NCBI RefSeq assembly: GCF_006345805.1 | Contig: NC_043007.1 | Coordinates: 77,438,001-77,502,000, forward strand | Direction of reading: 5' to 3' | DNA from: Octopus sinensis | Taxonomy: Eukaryota | Length of the DNA stretch: 64,000 nt | Translations under genes and position numbers: made by a program | Shown here: positions 62,395-64,000 of the stretch, one piece after another | How positions within the stretch are numbered: the stretch's first letter is position 1 | Layout: each line of letters opens with the position of its first letter | Notes under the pieces: model-generated | What the model was told of the DNA's origin: nothing | Databases searched by the model: none | The model's input: only the letters and a program-made list of their open reading frames with translations

Positions 62395-63488
62395 GGGCGG
62401 TGAATAAACTGTCGTCTATATTACGCAAAAATAAAAATAACACTGACATCTCATTTAGCATATACAGGGTGTTCAAAACGTCTCTCCGCAGTAAGTATTT
62501 TATTGCAAAATACATATTTATAAAATGGTATACGGCTACAAAAGAATATATTGGACTTTACAAGACTTTAAAAACTTTATAAGAGGTGTTGAAAGTGTCG
62601 TCCTTCATTTTCAATACATAAGCAGACTCTTCTACACATGTTTTGAAATACATCTTGGAGAGTCTGAGTCTCTTAGTGTCAGGATGAAATAAATTCACTG
62701 CGGAGAGATATTTTGAACACCCATAAAAATATCTTGAAATACTAAAGAGTAAATCTATTCAATAAAATTGCCATTGGGTTCAACCACAGCCTCCAGACGA
62801 CTTCGGAATCTCTTGCAACTCTTCTGGACGGTCTCCTTGTTTAGGTTGGTGAATGCTGCCATAATCCTTTCCTTCAGTTCATCTTTGGTGTTACAAGGAG
62901 TTTAGTTGGTCTCTTGCTCAACTGCACCCCAGGCATAATCATCAAAAGGATTGCAATTGGGGAGTTAGATGACCAGATGTTAGGGATGATGTGGCCGCAC
63001 AAATTGTCTGATAGCCATGACTGGGTTCTCCAGCTTGTGTGGCATGGTGCAGACTCCTGTTGCCAGACACAGAGCCTTCCAGCAACCACCCTCTTCATCC
63101 TGGGAAGCACTACATCCTCCAGGCACTTGATGTAGGTCTCTGTATTGAGTCTGAGGCCGTGTGGAAAGATGAATGGAGGTATAACGTCGCCATCACTAGT
63201 GATCACTCCAAACACCATGATGTTGACTGGATGTTTGATTTTTATCACTATCGGTACATGTTCGTTTTGGAGCTTCCTGCTCTTCGTTTTAGAGCTTCCG
63301 GCACGAATTCCAAGCAGTACAGCATGTCTTTTCCAAATTTCTGGCAGAGTGAACTGCATCATGGTGCTGTTTTGCTAACAGACTGTGCCCAACTGACCCT
63401 ACTATACTGTGTAGTCGACAAAATGAAACTACAATGCGCGTGCGCGAAATTACAAATATAAAATGGTGACAATTTACCCATCATATCC
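62395..63488 (-). mobile_element. Internally deleted DD37D (maT)-like Tc1/mariner element
   Basis: KHPVNIMVFGVITSDGDVIPPFIFP.GLRLN, WQQESAPCHTS, NIWSSNSP; TA-flanked diverged ends CAGG....g..TAAA.TGTC..C. Confidence 0.8.
62465..62722. mobile_element. Tc1/mariner-type MITE nested in the DD37D element
   Basis: TIRs cagggtgttcaaaacgtctctccgcagt / actgcggagagatattttgaacaccc next to TA. Confidence 0.75.
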
Positions 63489-63494
63489 TGTATA

Positions 63495-63660
63495 TATATG
63501 ATATACTTCTTTCAGTGTCTGTCAACTAAATCCACGGACAAAGTTTTGGTCAACCTGTGACGACAGTCGAAGACATTTGGCTAAAGTATCACGCGGTGGA
63601 AGTGAACAAGCAACTATATTTCTGGGAAGCAAACTTTTTACAGCACAGCTATGCCTGCTG
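63495..63660 (-). mobile_element. Old degenerate F2 SINE 5' half
   Basis: tttcagtgtctgtcaactaaatccac...gtcgaagacatttggctaaagtatcacgcggtggaagtgaac. Confidence 0.5.
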
Positions 63661-64000
63661 TAAGCAATGTTAAGTATTTTATGTACAAGTAGATAGCGGA
63701 GAATTAAGTCAAAAGCTTTGTTGATGCTGACGTTAAGTAGAATACTGTGTATTAGTTTAAGTGTTATTCTTATTTGCTAAACTTCAACTATAACAATTGG
63801 AATACTTAACAATAAAAATGATGTAATGTATGCTAGCTATGGCCATTCCGCCTTTTAGGCAATGAAATACCAACGAAAAGTCACAGATGCACATGGCACA
63901 ATAATCCAACTGCTCATAATACAGTAAATAGTTCCAATCCTGTACAACACACTAGATGAAGTAAGTCAAACAACAGATATAGAAAGCATGATGTTCTCTG

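Overview
AT-rich, microsatellite-saturated eukaryotic DNA with one 100-N scaffold gap (14501-14600). The repeat repertoire points to an octopod cephalopod (Octopus-like; inferred from SINE types and composition, not from a database match). Only one convincing host gene is present: an uninterrupted class A (rhodopsin-like) GPCR ORF at 28284-29513 (+). Almost everything else is mobile DNA: several tRNA-derived SINE families, R4/Dong-like restriction-endonuclease LINE fragments, Tx1/L1-like LINE fragments, a decayed Neptune-type Penelope-like element (PLE), DD37D (maT)-type Tc1/mariner relics, MITEs and non-autonomous Helitrons. Most listed ORFs are translations of simple repeats. The most interesting signals are: (1) six hand-foldable minimal hammerhead ribozyme motifs from five families, plus two relics, mostly in PLE-type tails abutting (TA)n, including a two-copy family with a non-canonical core; (2) a (TAA)n-targeted retroelement guild (Dong-like LINEs, a ~540-bp non-tRNA passenger element and a tRNA-only mini-SINE) stacked in co-oriented trains; (3) a 28S rRNA fragment ending near the protostome hidden-break region, inserted in a LINE; (4) a 791-bp palindrome; (5) SINEs that recur as fixed trimers of a 184-bp module or swap tails at a fixed junction. 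All structures were folded and aligned by eye, and repeat boundaries are approximate.
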